From a virus (taxonomy: Duplodnaviria > Heunggongvirae > Uroviricota > Caudoviricetes), in IMG/VR virus record IMGVR_UViG_3300031143_000003, positions 83,287 to 147,286 of that record: a stretch of DNA of 64,000 nt. One strand, 5' to 3'. The notes beneath the pieces were generated by a model. It did not search any database. It had not been told where the DNA came from and worked only from the letters and a program-made list of their open reading frames with translations. Both the position numbers and the translations under genes were made by a program. This document shows positions 8,398 through 18,855 of the stretch, piece by piece (the first letter of the stretch is position 1; every line of letters begins with the position of its first letter).

Positions 8398-11300
8398 TTA
8401 GAATGTTCCACCATCTATTGTGCCATCCATGTCAGTCAAGCTACCAATGTAACTAGTTGCCGTTATTGTTCCACTTGCGCTTACGTTACCAGACGCTGTT
8501 ATATGTGTATCTACCTTTAAATTGCCGTATACTCTAGTCTCCATACTTTCACTGACGGAGAATAGTCGATTACCGTAACCAACTGCGCCACTATTACTTT
8601 CAATCACAAACTTAGCTGCGGGCTTTTGATCATCTGCATCCAATAATATTGCGAAACTTCCAGACCCCTTCTGCGTTATTGACCCCATTACTTCGTCTGG
8701 ATCAGATAGTACTGCTGATTCTGCCCTAAGTATAGTTGATCTACTACCAGCTGTAGCATTAACAGCTACGAATCCCTGAGTCTGAGTTCCTATTTGTACA
8801 GATGAGGCTGCGCCAAATGCACCCATGTTGACTTCTTTTACTCTAATTTTTTTGTAATCACTACCTGATATAAATTGTACGTCGCCACTTGTATTATCAA
8901 TACCCATTCTAGCATGCTCTACTGCATCGGATCCTGAATCATCGGCTGATGCACTATAGAATATAATTGAACCAGTTGAAACGTGAATGTGTCTAAATGG
9001 GAATCGCTTGCTACCCAATGAATGGTATTCTGGTCTATCCGGAATCACATCTCCACCAACTATTGTTGCTCCATTCCTAACGTATAATGAATAATGAGCT
9101 TCACCGGGTCCCTTGAAGAACGTCTCAAGCTTACCATCATTATACGTTTGCTTTTCAGATCCAGATATACCAATTATTGCAGGTCCAGACTTCAAATTAC
9201 CCTCTATTGCATGGTTATCAGTTGTTGCATTTCCGAACGAAGTGTTACCAGTTGATGTTATGGTTGCAAAAGTTGCATTTGTGTTGGTTGTTGCCTTTGT
9301 ATTGATATTTGTTTGCAATATTGAGCTAGATGCATTTAATTGTGCGTTAGTGGAATAGGCTGTTAAGTCTTGATCTCCACTATTATGCCCTATTATATTG
9401 GATGCGCTGATATGTCCGCTTGCACTAACCGTTGTTACATTTGTTATTGCATTACTTGCCATATCTAAAGTCTGCGTTGCAGTATGGTCGCCTAGATCAT
9501 CTGCTCCAGCGATAGCCGTTGAAAGAGAAGCCGAAACATCAGCAAATCCACCTAAAGAGAATGTGCTAGTTACTTCTAAGCTACCAGTTATAACTGCATC
9601 TCCAGTATATGGAAAACCTGCGCCTGATCCTCCAGTGATTCCCTGATATGCAGATGCGCTTAGTGTACCTGCTATTTCGAAGTCGCCTATCAATTTTAGT
9701 GGTGATGTTATTGTTTGTATTGCACCAGCAGAACTCAAAGAGAATTTATCCGGATCTATATAATTGTACGTTAGAGGGTAGTATGTTACCAATCCCCTAG
9801 AGGCGTTACGATCTTCCTTCACATATGTACCAGCGAACTGTTTTTTCGGATAATAGACATCGTAAGTAGCATTATTTGATTGTGAAGGGTAGTTTTGGAA
9901 CCAGACAGTATCTCCTGATGATGATACTACATATTTTACGCCATATACACTGTGTGATGCATAAGTTGTATTTATATGGCTGCCGGACGGCTCACGATTA
10001 TCCAAGTCAAGATAGCCAGCTAAATTGATAAAGCCCGATGATGATGGGGACGTTATGGAACCGGATATTAGACTTACTGTGCCAGAATTTGTATGTACAG
10101 GATCGTCATAATAGTCCTTCAGATATGTTGGTGTCATTAAATCATACATATCTAACATAGGCCAATTATGAGCCTGTTTCTGTGATGCGACAGAATCTGC
10201 ATATTGTATAAATGGGATATCAGAGGAATAGACAAAATCTGTAAATCCACTATTATCATGCATCATAGCTTTTAGTGTTTCAATAGTAGTGGTATGGTTA
10301 GGATCATTGGCAAACTTACCTTGATGGTGACTCCCAGCTTGCCATAGATCATTCTGTATGACCATTTCTCCAAACTTCAAGATTGATCGGTTCGTTGGAT
10401 TCAGTTGACCTAATTCGCCATTTACCAACACAGTATCTTTACCATATGGCAGTCCACTAGCTGTAACATCGTTTAAACAGATAGATGCCTTGGAGTTCAT
10501 ACTTTTATCATATACGAAGAATGGGATATCTCCAAAACCAGGGGACTGTGTGTTATCAAATCCGACGTCTACCGTTGTACCGAATCCCAGTGCTCCCATG
10601 TATGACGATTTCATACCAAATATACTCCAAGAATTGAGGAAGAGGACGCCATCCGAATTATGGCAATTTTCCGGATAGTATAGGTTTTGTGTTTGAGTTG
10701 AGCCTCCGGTAAAATGGTCACTGACGAATGTATGTGCGGGAATTTCCTGTAGATTTGATCCAGTGGAAGATCCGTAATACTTTATGGAATGATCTGCGTA
10801 TGGATAACCTGCATATACCTGTTCTACTTGCAATCTATAATCTGAATCTATAGGGTATACTGATGCAGATACGTGTTGATAGCATTTGCTCGTATTTATT
10901 AATTGTCGTAAACCATCTGCTATTTCAAACTTGGTTTTATTAGTTATATCAAACTCTATACGGGAATTTGTGTCTCCAGCATACCACGCTCGTTGGACTT
11001 TTGTATTTTGTTGATCAGGCAGAATTTGATTTACAGCACGAACGTTGAACGGGATATTACCATTGGCTCCATCAGTATATTGTAGATTTAGATAATTGGA
11101 AGATGTTTCAGTTGCATGGTAATCCCATTTATCGGCTATGGAATGTTCGAAATAGTGATGTCCAGTCAGATCAGATGATTCAAAATTTGATGATGTAAAG
11201 CCAATACTAAATCCAAAACCCAGTGGCATATGGATAACGGGTATTAATAGTTGGTTGTCGGCGCCATCTGTATATGGTGCACCATTTGCGTCTGAGTCAT

Positions 11301-12183
11301 TGTTTATTAATATGGATGATGAATTTCTGAAGTCGTGTCTTGCAAAATCATGATTATAATATGCTCTTTTGTATGGGGATAAACTACCGACGCCAATTGC
11401 AGCTGTTTGGGCCCCAATAGTAATTACACTAGAATCTGCGTCGAATGATAGATTTGTTTCGGTAGTCGAATCAATAGCAGTAATTCCTCCGCCACCTGAT
11501 GAAGCTGCGCCAGTTGCTCCTATATATCTATATCCAACTATCCACAGCGGCTTGGCATAGCCACTCATATCTGGTCCATCTCCATTACTCTGGTCGCCAC
11601 AATACATTATTCCCTGATAGTAATCGAACGCTGCTCCTCCGAAATTCTTACCAGTCTGCGTTCTACCACCGTATGGTATAGCATTCGAACTAGGTCCATT
11701 TGTCGATGTATCGTTTTCATATACAACCGCAGCATATCCTGGTCCAAACTTAGTTGGATTTAACCAATTCTTGAACCGGCTATCGGAATATTCAGCAACT
11801 TCGCCGGCTTGAACATCACCAGTATTAGCCTGGCTAGCTGATATGAATGCAACATATGTTTGGCCATTGCCGTCCATATCAGTTAGTGGCATAGTTATTT
11901 TTTCAAAATTTGGATCAGTACCTATACCAGTTGCCGATACAAATGCACCATCGTCCCATATTTCAGCAGTTGTTGCAAATGTTCCATCCCAAGTGCGACT
12001 TGTTGCAAATTCTGGCGCTACTGATGCATATTCAATGTCGCCAACGTCAGATAATAGTTCAGCTGAGTATATCTGGTGACTAGCTTCTAAGTCTTCACCT
12101 GATATTGGTCCTGGTCCAGTGTGTAGCTTTCCAAAAGCATGTTTAAATGACGCTTTACGTTGGTCGGTTGTATTGAATGCCAT
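8398..12183 (-). CDS. Giant tail fibre/structural protein (1261 aa)
   Basis: Long single ORF with an SD (GGAG) upstream. C-terminal ...ITASGNVSASGTITATSYIGSLTDMDGTIDGGTF resembles the repeats of the 593-aa protein and the C-terminus of the 206-aa protein. Confidence 0.65.
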   Translation of the reverse strand: MAFNTTDQRKASFKHAFGKLHTGPGPISGEDLEASHQIYSAELLSDVGDIEYASVAPEFATSRTWDGTFATTAEIWDDGAFVSATGIGTDPNFEKITMPLTDMDGNGQTYVAFISASQANTGDVQAGEVAEYSDSRFKNWLNPTKFGPGYAAVVYENDTSTNGPSSNAIPYGGRTQTGKNFGGAAFDYYQGIMYCGDQSNGDGPDMSGYAKPLWIVGYRYIGATGAASSGGGGITAIDSTTETNLSFDADSSVITIGAQTAAIGVGSLSPYKRAYYNHDFARHDFRNSSSILINNDSDANGAPYTDGADNQLLIPVIHMPLGFGFSIGFTSSNFESSDLTGHHYFEHSIADKWDYHATETSSNYLNLQYTDGANGNIPFNVRAVNQILPDQQNTKVQRAWYAGDTNSRIEFDITNKTKFEIADGLRQLINTSKCYQHVSASVYPIDSDYRLQVEQVYAGYPYADHSIKYYGSSTGSNLQEIPAHTFVSDHFTGGSTQTQNLYYPENCHNSDGVLFLNSWSIFGMKSSYMGALGFGTTVDVGFDNTQSPGFGDIPFFVYDKSMNSKASICLNDVTASGLPYGKDTVLVNGELGQLNPTNRSILKFGEMVIQNDLWQAGSHHQGKFANDPNHTTTIETLKAMMHDNSGFTDFVYSSDIPFIQYADSVASQKQAHNWPMLDMYDLMTPTYLKDYYDDPVHTNSGTVSLISGSITSPSSSGFINLAGYLDLDNREPSGSHINTTYASHSVYGVKYVVSSSGDTVWFQNYPSQSNNATYDVYYPKKQFAGTYVKEDRNASRGLVTYYPLTYNYIDPDKFSLSSAGAIQTITSPLKLIGDFEIAGTLSASAYQGITGGSGAGFPYTGDAVITGSLEVTSTFSLGGFADVSASLSTAIAGADDLGDHTATQTLDMASNAITNVTTVSASGHISASNIIGHNSGDQDLTAYSTNAQLNASSSILQTNINTKATTNTNATFATITSTGNTSFGNATTDNHAIEGNLKSGPAIIGISGSEKQTYNDGKLETFFKGPGEAHYSLYVRNGATIVGGDVIPDRPEYHSLGSKRFPFRHIHVSTGSIIFYSASADDSGSDAVEHARMGIDNTSGDVQFISGSDYKKIRVKEVNMGAFGAASSVQIGTQTQGFVAVNATAGSRSTILRAESAVLSDPDEVMGSITQKGSGSFAILLDADDQKPAAKFVIESNSGAVGYGNRLFSVSESMETRVYGNLKVDTHITASGNVSASGTITATSYIGSLTDMDGTIDGGTF

Positions 12184-12185
12184 AA

Positions 12186-12377
12186 CTAGTCTCCGCTATT
12201 GTATTTTGATGATATTTCAGTTAATCTTCGCATAAAATTAGATGTTTCTGATACACTCAAATTGCGTTCAAGAAAAACTGATTCAGATGGGAGTTCACCA
12301 GCTGAAAGCTTATATTTTAGGGTACATGATTTGTCAGCATGTACAACGACATTAAATAGTTCATATGTGTCTATCAT
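12186..12377 (-). CDS. Small hypothetical protein between giant fibre genes
   Basis: 63-aa ORF that exactly fills the gap between the 2011-aa and 1261-aa genes. Confidence 0.4.
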   Translation of the reverse strand: MIDTYELFNVVVHADKSCTLKYKLSAGELPSESVFLERNLSVSETSNFMRRLTEISSKYNSGD

Positions 12378-12379
12378 AA

Positions 12380-15300
12380 CTACTCCTTTTCCATTGTTAT
12401 ATATGTTATGTTATGGTTTGATTCGGTTGCGTCAGCAGCTAATCGTATTTCAAGCAATACAATTGAGTCGGTATAATATACTGCGTAGTTTTTTGTGCTC
12501 CACAGTATAGCTACGGACGTTGATGTTGCCTGTGCGTGGCCAACAGGATAGAATGCTGCTGTCGATAAGTCTACCCAATTTTCAACAGATGGGGCAGTAG
12601 ATAGACCGGTACCAGCTGTCACAACAGACCAGTTTGTTCCAGATTTAGTTGGTAACTGACTATTAGTTGAATTGATTGCGCCTGGCAGTCTTGCTCTAAT
12701 TCGAATTTTTCGCGAATTGAAGTGTACGCTATCGCCATCGGCTATTGGCTGATCAGCCCATATATCCTCAGACGTTATGGGATCATTTGGATCACATCCA
12801 ATATGTAGTTTAATAACCTTGTGTTGGGTGGAAGATATATTTTGGACATTGATTGCTCTATAATAGAATCTGTCGCCAACTGAATTTGTATAGTCCGGAG
12901 CATTTGGATTAATTCCAGACGAATAGTCCTGTGTTGGGTATGTTAGCTGTCCAGATGTATTCTGCTGTAGGTCATCTGTTGTTGATATATCGACAGTTGA
13001 ATCGTATGCACAATTGGCAGCTGTTGTCCAATATGCATAATTTCCGGCACCAAGGTGATCACTAAATGACGATGTCTGGGATTTAGCGAGTCTGAATTCT
13101 TCGCTGTAGAAGTTTTCAGTTGTGGTTGATGAGGGCGAATGTGATCCGTTATCTACATATCTACCAATGATTGGTGTAATTGTTTCCGAACCACCTCCAT
13201 CATTGAATACAACTGTTGCAGATCTATTTGTGCCGGTTGTATTTGTTCCAGTAAATTGCGCTAGATATGATAGGTTTGCTGTATCTGAAACAGTCGGTAT
13301 ATCATTTGTGCTATTTGACCATGTTAATCCGTCATTGTGCGTTAGGTATCTACTGTAATCAGTATATGACCCATTTACATATATCTTGAGTCCAGTTTCT
13401 GTGTCAATTGTTCCAAATCTGCCAGATGTTACATTATATGTTTCGTTAGCTACACCAGTAATATATCCCGAATATGATATTTCGAATGGTACATCTGGTA
13501 TAAAGTAGTCTACGCCGGATAGCGACATGGTTGGAGAAGTGCTATTATATTCATTCCATGTGAACGCATTTGTTGCTGGCTGATTTATTGTAACAGTATG
13601 ATCGCCATCATCGTAATACCATCCATATACTGCAGATGTCTGCGTTACTCCTCCAATAGTTCGCTCTAGATACAGCTCATTGTATCCGGGGACATATTTT
13701 GATGTTATAGCTATTGTTGGTGAATAATGCTGGTAACCGACTGGATATAATTCAGTTCCATCATATACTGGTTGACTTATATTATTATGTACGCCACGTG
13801 TAATGGACAATACTCCACTTGTTTGAACCGCTTGAGTTGTTGCCTTAAGCGAATCATTGAATGTCGCATTTAGATCAATTGATGATACTTCAGCTGAGTT
13901 GATGTATAGTTTAATTGATCCAGACTCAGCATAATCATATAATTTACCAGGCATTGTCAACGTTATGCCATAATTTGTGCCAGCTGTCTTCAATATATTT
14001 GATACACTATCACCAGGTAAATCGCCAGATTTATATGTCCAAGTTGATTCGGACGGTAGTTGCGCTGTTTGTAATGATATGTTGTCAGTAAACGATTCAC
14101 CATGTATTGATGTTGGTTTGTTTGGTAATATATTAATAACCTGTGTTACAACTTCTTGTTCACTATCATTTACAATATTTGAATCAATCGTTGCAGTTAT
14201 ATTATATGAAGCAATGTTGTTGTTATTGGATATATCTGATATATCTATATACGCTATTGTCTTGCCTGATCCTAGCGTTACGATGTCAGATCCACCATTG
14301 TGTGTCCATACTACGTCATAGTTTGAAGCATTCATAGTATCGTATGACGAGGTAGTCATTGGGTCAGCAACAATTGTAGTATGTAGTTCGACATTGGTTA
14401 TTACATCAGAATGCCCAGACGAAATATAGTCATCTAACATGACAATTCCTGCACTAGCTGAATAGTGTGCAATATTTGGCGTAAGTGATGCATCTATTTC
14501 AGAATTGTCTGCAGCTTGAACTGTTACTGTCGCAGACGATATTGTTTCTGATATGTTAGTCCCATTTGTAATTGAATCATGTGAGGTAAACACTGGAACG
14601 AATGTGTTTCCAGATAAAACAAATTCAAACGGGATCCAGCTTGATGTAAATGTGGTATTCCATCTACCTGCATCCATTGATTCTGTTTGCACTGTTGATC
14701 TATTGATAGTATACGTTGTGCCATCGTAGGAGTAAACTGTTGACTCGGTATGTGGGCCGAACGGCTCTATTCGATTGACCATAAATTGAGTTCGAACCAA
14801 TTGGTCTTGTGCAATCTGAGTTGTTCCTGTAATTGCAACAAGTTGAGTTGTTGTTAATCCATGTAATAATTTTGATGTTCTAGTTGTTGTTGCTATATTT
14901 GAACCAGACGTATTCTGTTCAACCATCGATTGTGCAGTTATAATTGTATCAGCTATTGGTGCCATGATTAACTCAGCAGTTGTTGCAGAGAAATTATTAG
15001 TTATATTTGTGCCGTATAGTATTGTTGATATTGTATGTGTTCCAGCAACAAAGGTTGACTCTTGCCAGCTTGATGTGTATGATGTAACCAAGCTTATGTT
15101 TGCGTCATATGCCGATACTGGAGTTGGGTTAGATGAATTGGACAGAGAGATTGTTGTCAAATTTGTATTGCCATTTCTAAACAATGATGACATTGCATTA
15201 TGCGTTGGACCAAACGGCTCAGTCACAGTTGCAGTCAATCGATATCTAATTACTGACTCGTCCAAGTGTGCTTGCACATAGTTGGTCAACCCTTGTAATG

Positions 15301-18300
15301 TCGCAACGTCTGTTTCCAATAGTGAAGAATTATATCCATACATAACTTGTGCGGATCTACTTGAACCGCCAGTATCTGATAGATAATTTGATGTCTCAAC
15401 TTCTACAATTGGATTGGTTATCAATGTTTTCTGCAACGATAGCATTGTTAACGTAGCAGGCGTTATAGATGGGGAACCAGATATTGTTGTCCCACTAGTT
15501 ATATTTGCAGACAATGTATGTGAGTTTGCATTAAATGCAGAATCATTCCAACTTGATGTGTATGTCGATACCAATCTGCCGCTCACATATTCAGATGTTG
15601 CCGCTGATGCAGTTGCCAATGTTAATGATGCGATGTTAGAAGAATTGTCTGTAAACTGTATACTAGTTGTATTTGCCTTTGGACCAAACGGCTCAGTTGT
15701 TGTTGATGTTATTCTATATTGTATTATAGCTTCATCTAGGTGCTGAGCCTGGTAATATGGCATAGCAATTAGTGTGTCTTCTTCTGTGGTTAACAGTGAT
15801 GCATTGAATCCGTATAGTATTCTAGCTGTTCTAGTTGCTGCGCCAATTCCGGATCCATAACTTGTTGCTTCAACTTCAACAGTAGAATCAGTTATTTCCA
15901 ATTCGTCGTGCGCTGACATTGTTAATGCTGCAGATGCTATTGCTACCACTGCATTACTTAGGTTGTTACCAGATAGATCTGATGATATTGTTCGAGAGCC
16001 GACATTGAAAGTTGATTCTTGCCAGCTAGATGTGTAAGTGGTTACACGTTGATCTGTTCCATCATATATTGAGGAAGCTGTTCCATCAAACGTATCCTTG
16101 TTGACAGATATTGATACTAAGTTCGAACTATCGTCGGTAAATTGTGACGTTATGTAATCATGCTTTGGTCCAAATGGCTCAGTGATTTTACTCTTCAATC
16201 TATATCTAACTACTGCTTCGTCCTTGTGTATTTGCGCATAATTTGGCTCAGCGTACAAACTGGTAAGTCCAGATTCCAGTATAGATGAACCATAACCATA
16301 CATTAGTTTGGCTGTTCTATCCGATCCACCATTGCCTGATAGATACGATGTTGTCTCAACTTCAACGATTGATTCATTAATAACCGTTGCGTTTACTGAT
16401 AGTACTGATATCGTTGCTGGTGATATTACGCCTACGTTTATTCCAGTGTTTTGCGCAGCTGTTGTTATGTTTGCAGTTATTGTATGGTTTCCAGCTACAA
16501 ATACTGATTCTGTCCAACTAGATGTGTAATGTACAACAAGTTTATCCGATTCATATGTTGGGGATGTACCCGATGCTACGTGTGAGCTAGTCTTATTTAA
16601 TATAATAGTTTCTATGGTATTGCCAGCATCCGTAAATTCAACCGTTGTGTCCATGTGTGAAGGACCCTTAGGCTCAGTGATTGTTGCCGATATCCTATAC
16701 CTAACAACAGACTCATCCTTATGTTCTTGCTTGAAGTTGTCGTGGGCTTCTAGTGCTGAAATGTCTGATGGCTGAAGTGTTCCATTATATCCGTATAGTA
16801 TTCTAGCTGTTCGGCTGGATGTTGGACTATCCGAAAGATATGCCGATTCCAGTTCAATATTTATGTTTGATACTTCGATGTCCTCAATTGGATTAACAAT
16901 TACCTGTACAACATTTGATGGTGTTGCGTGGTGGTGATTATGGGTACCATGTCGTACCCCATCATCTAGGTTATTTATGTCGGTTACACCTGAAACTGTT
17001 CCAATATTATGTGTTCCAGTTTGTAGTGGTATATTAACAAAATCATCTAGACCAATTACAGCTGTTGTTCCAAACGCATTTCCAAATTCTGTTGCAATTG
17101 CGTTAGATCCAATGATTTTATATATTCCAACTGTATCTGCGTGCGTATATATTGTTGACGTGCCGTCATCTAGTATTTTTATTTCAGTGTCATGTCCAGC
17201 TACAGCTGTATATCCATTTGGTTCAGTTATTGTTGCTCCAACCTTCAATCTAACTAGCGATGACGTATATCTATTTGCTAAACTTGACGTTGTGGTTGCA
17301 GTTGTATAATTATCGTACATCATGTCGACGTTAATTGTTTCAACTTCATTACCAGTATATGCGTCTTCATTCAATGATAACGTTATGTTTGATATGCTAG
17401 CCGTAGCCGGGGGAGTTATTGCAACATTTACAGCCAAACTGCCGGTACCATTCGGGTTGTCATCAAACACTTCAACAGTATATTCATTTACATATGTTGC
17501 AGTATCATTTGATATTATATTATTAGATGTGTCAATTGTATTGTATGCTGATACAGACATAGTTACATGTAATTGGTCAGACGTTAGTGAATTATATGAT
17601 AATCCTGGTGCCTGTGTTTCATATGTTATTTGTGTTGTATTTTCTGTGTCATTGTTATGGTCTATGGTTGACGAAAATCGATGTTGATTTGACGATACAT
17701 GTTGATCACTTGTCATAAACGCATTGATACCACGTAGGAAATCAGATGTTGCCTCATCTGCGGTTATGTTTAAATCAGATGTTGTTGAAAAGTCAAGTAC
17801 AACTGATCCAGTTATTTCATCGTGATTTATTATTATCGGCAACGCTGATGTTAAATTGACGACTGGGTCAACATTGATGAAGCCGTATATTGTTATTGAT
17901 GTAAATAGATTCTTAGCAATACCGATAGCTGTATCTGCTGCATACACCATATATCTATGTGTACCTGGAGCTAGATCATTTTCGTATGGATCTACACCAG
18001 TGAGGTCGGGCACAGTTGCACCATCGGATCCAGTATAATATGATTGCGCTCCGACTTGTAATCGAGTGAATCCATTTTCAATTAGCTTATAGAATGCATA
18101 ATAGTTTGGTGCAAAATTGTCAGATGAAGTTGTATGTATTTCAATGTCTGATTTACTTGCCGTCTGTTGACCAGAAACAAGTTGTACATATGTATCTATT
18201 GACTGTGGAGGGTCTAAGTCTAATGCCGATTGTTTTCCAGTGTAGAAGTCTTGTTCAAATATACCAGTAAGGCCAGATCCATCCCCAATAAACGTTGTAG

Positions 18301-18415
18301 CGTTTATATCGCCGTCAACATTTAACGAGCTTGAAATAATTAAACCCGTTTTGAATTCTGCTGCGCTTCCAGATTGTATCCATGCGCTACTTGTAAATAT
18401 GTGTGTTCCTGCCAT
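12380..18415 (-). CDS. Giant fibre/structural protein (2011 aa) with five tandem ~160-aa repeat domains
   Basis: N-terminal FIGDGSGLTG module paralogous to the 146-aa protein. Internal repeats share (A/S)(R/K)ILYGYN..........RYR(I/L)..T(I/V)TEPFGP....TSSW.ES.F at aa ~510-1290. Confidence 0.7.
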   Translation of the reverse strand: MAGTHIFTSSAWIQSGSAAEFKTGLIISSSLNVDGDINATTFIGDGSGLTGIFEQDFYTGKQSALDLDPPQSIDTYVQLVSGQQTASKSDIEIHTTSSDNFAPNYYAFYKLIENGFTRLQVGAQSYYTGSDGATVPDLTGVDPYENDLAPGTHRYMVYAADTAIGIAKNLFTSITIYGFINVDPVVNLTSALPIIINHDEITGSVVLDFSTTSDLNITADEATSDFLRGINAFMTSDQHVSSNQHRFSSTIDHNNDTENTTQITYETQAPGLSYNSLTSDQLHVTMSVSAYNTIDTSNNIISNDTATYVNEYTVEVFDDNPNGTGSLAVNVAITPPATASISNITLSLNEDAYTGNEVETINVDMMYDNYTTATTTSSLANRYTSSLVRLKVGATITEPNGYTAVAGHDTEIKILDDGTSTIYTHADTVGIYKIIGSNAIATEFGNAFGTTAVIGLDDFVNIPLQTGTHNIGTVSGVTDINNLDDGVRHGTHNHHHATPSNVVQVIVNPIEDIEVSNINIELESAYLSDSPTSSRTARILYGYNGTLQPSDISALEAHDNFKQEHKDESVVRYRISATITEPKGPSHMDTTVEFTDAGNTIETIILNKTSSHVASGTSPTYESDKLVVHYTSSWTESVFVAGNHTITANITTAAQNTGINVGVISPATISVLSVNATVINESIVEVETTSYLSGNGGSDRTAKLMYGYGSSILESGLTSLYAEPNYAQIHKDEAVVRYRLKSKITEPFGPKHDYITSQFTDDSSNLVSISVNKDTFDGTASSIYDGTDQRVTTYTSSWQESTFNVGSRTISSDLSGNNLSNAVVAIASAALTMSAHDELEITDSTVEVEATSYGSGIGAATRTARILYGFNASLLTTEEDTLIAMPYYQAQHLDEAIIQYRITSTTTEPFGPKANTTSIQFTDNSSNIASLTLATASAATSEYVSGRLVSTYTSSWNDSAFNANSHTLSANITSGTTISGSPSITPATLTMLSLQKTLITNPIVEVETSNYLSDTGGSSRSAQVMYGYNSSLLETDVATLQGLTNYVQAHLDESVIRYRLTATVTEPFGPTHNAMSSLFRNGNTNLTTISLSNSSNPTPVSAYDANISLVTSYTSSWQESTFVAGTHTISTILYGTNITNNFSATTAELIMAPIADTIITAQSMVEQNTSGSNIATTTRTSKLLHGLTTTQLVAITGTTQIAQDQLVRTQFMVNRIEPFGPHTESTVYSYDGTTYTINRSTVQTESMDAGRWNTTFTSSWIPFEFVLSGNTFVPVFTSHDSITNGTNISETISSATVTVQAADNSEIDASLTPNIAHYSASAGIVMLDDYISSGHSDVITNVELHTTIVADPMTTSSYDTMNASNYDVVWTHNGGSDIVTLGSGKTIAYIDISDISNNNNIASYNITATIDSNIVNDSEQEVVTQVINILPNKPTSIHGESFTDNISLQTAQLPSESTWTYKSGDLPGDSVSNILKTAGTNYGITLTMPGKLYDYAESGSIKLYINSAEVSSIDLNATFNDSLKATTQAVQTSGVLSITRGVHNNISQPVYDGTELYPVGYQHYSPTIAITSKYVPGYNELYLERTIGGVTQTSAVYGWYYDDGDHTVTINQPATNAFTWNEYNSTSPTMSLSGVDYFIPDVPFEISYSGYITGVANETYNVTSGRFGTIDTETGLKIYVNGSYTDYSRYLTHNDGLTWSNSTNDIPTVSDTANLSYLAQFTGTNTTGTNRSATVVFNDGGGSETITPIIGRYVDNGSHSPSSTTTENFYSEEFRLAKSQTSSFSDHLGAGNYAYWTTAANCAYDSTVDISTTDDLQQNTSGQLTYPTQDYSSGINPNAPDYTNSVGDRFYYRAINVQNISSTQHKVIKLHIGCDPNDPITSEDIWADQPIADGDSVHFNSRKIRIRARLPGAINSTNSQLPTKSGTNWSVVTAGTGLSTAPSVENWVDLSTAAFYPVGHAQATSTSVAILWSTKNYAVYYTDSIVLLEIRLAADATESNHNITYITMEKE
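14546..16888 (-). repeat. Five tandem ~480-nt (160-aa) domain repeats inside the 2011-aa gene
   Basis: Protein-level periodicity (see the 2011-aa CDS). Coordinates approximate, derived from aa 510-1290. Confidence 0.6.
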
Positions 18416-18855
18416 TATTTTACAACCGTTGTGCCAACAACCCTAGTCTTAAGTGAGCTAGTGTTAACTGCTATTAATAAATATCTATTTACACCATTTT
18501 CTGCATTTGTATCAATACAATTATCATTTAGAATTAACCCATTTTGATATATTGTGTAGTTATTTGGATCAACCTCCGACCAACCATTTGATTTGTCCGA
18601 TAGGAATGTATAGTGGTCGTATGCAACTTCTGCCGATGCTGATAAGTGTATGTCTGATCCTATTAGTTCACCGCCAAAAGATATATCAGATGTTCCCTGA
18701 TTTGAGAATCCAGTTAGTGAACTACCGTTACCAATGAATGATCCAGATAACGTTCCATTGAAATCAACGGATCCTGTTACAATTACACCACTTATAAATT
18801 GTGCTGCTACACCTGCATGCTTAAATGAGCCTGAATATTCGAATCGACCAGGCAT
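18415..18855 (-). CDS. Short fibre-like protein sharing the N-terminal module of the 2011-aa protein
   Basis: 146 aa. GSVDFNGTLSGSFIGNGSSLTGF is paralogous to SLNVDGDINATTFIGDGSGLTGI of the 2011-aa protein. SD-like AGGAAA upstream. Confidence 0.55.
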   Translation of the reverse strand: MPGRFEYSGSFKHAGVAAQFISGVIVTGSVDFNGTLSGSFIGNGSSLTGFSNQGTSDISFGGELIGSDIHLSASAEVAYDHYTFLSDKSNGWSEVDPNNYTIYQNGLILNDNCIDTNAENGVNRYLLIAVNTSSLKTRVVGTTVVK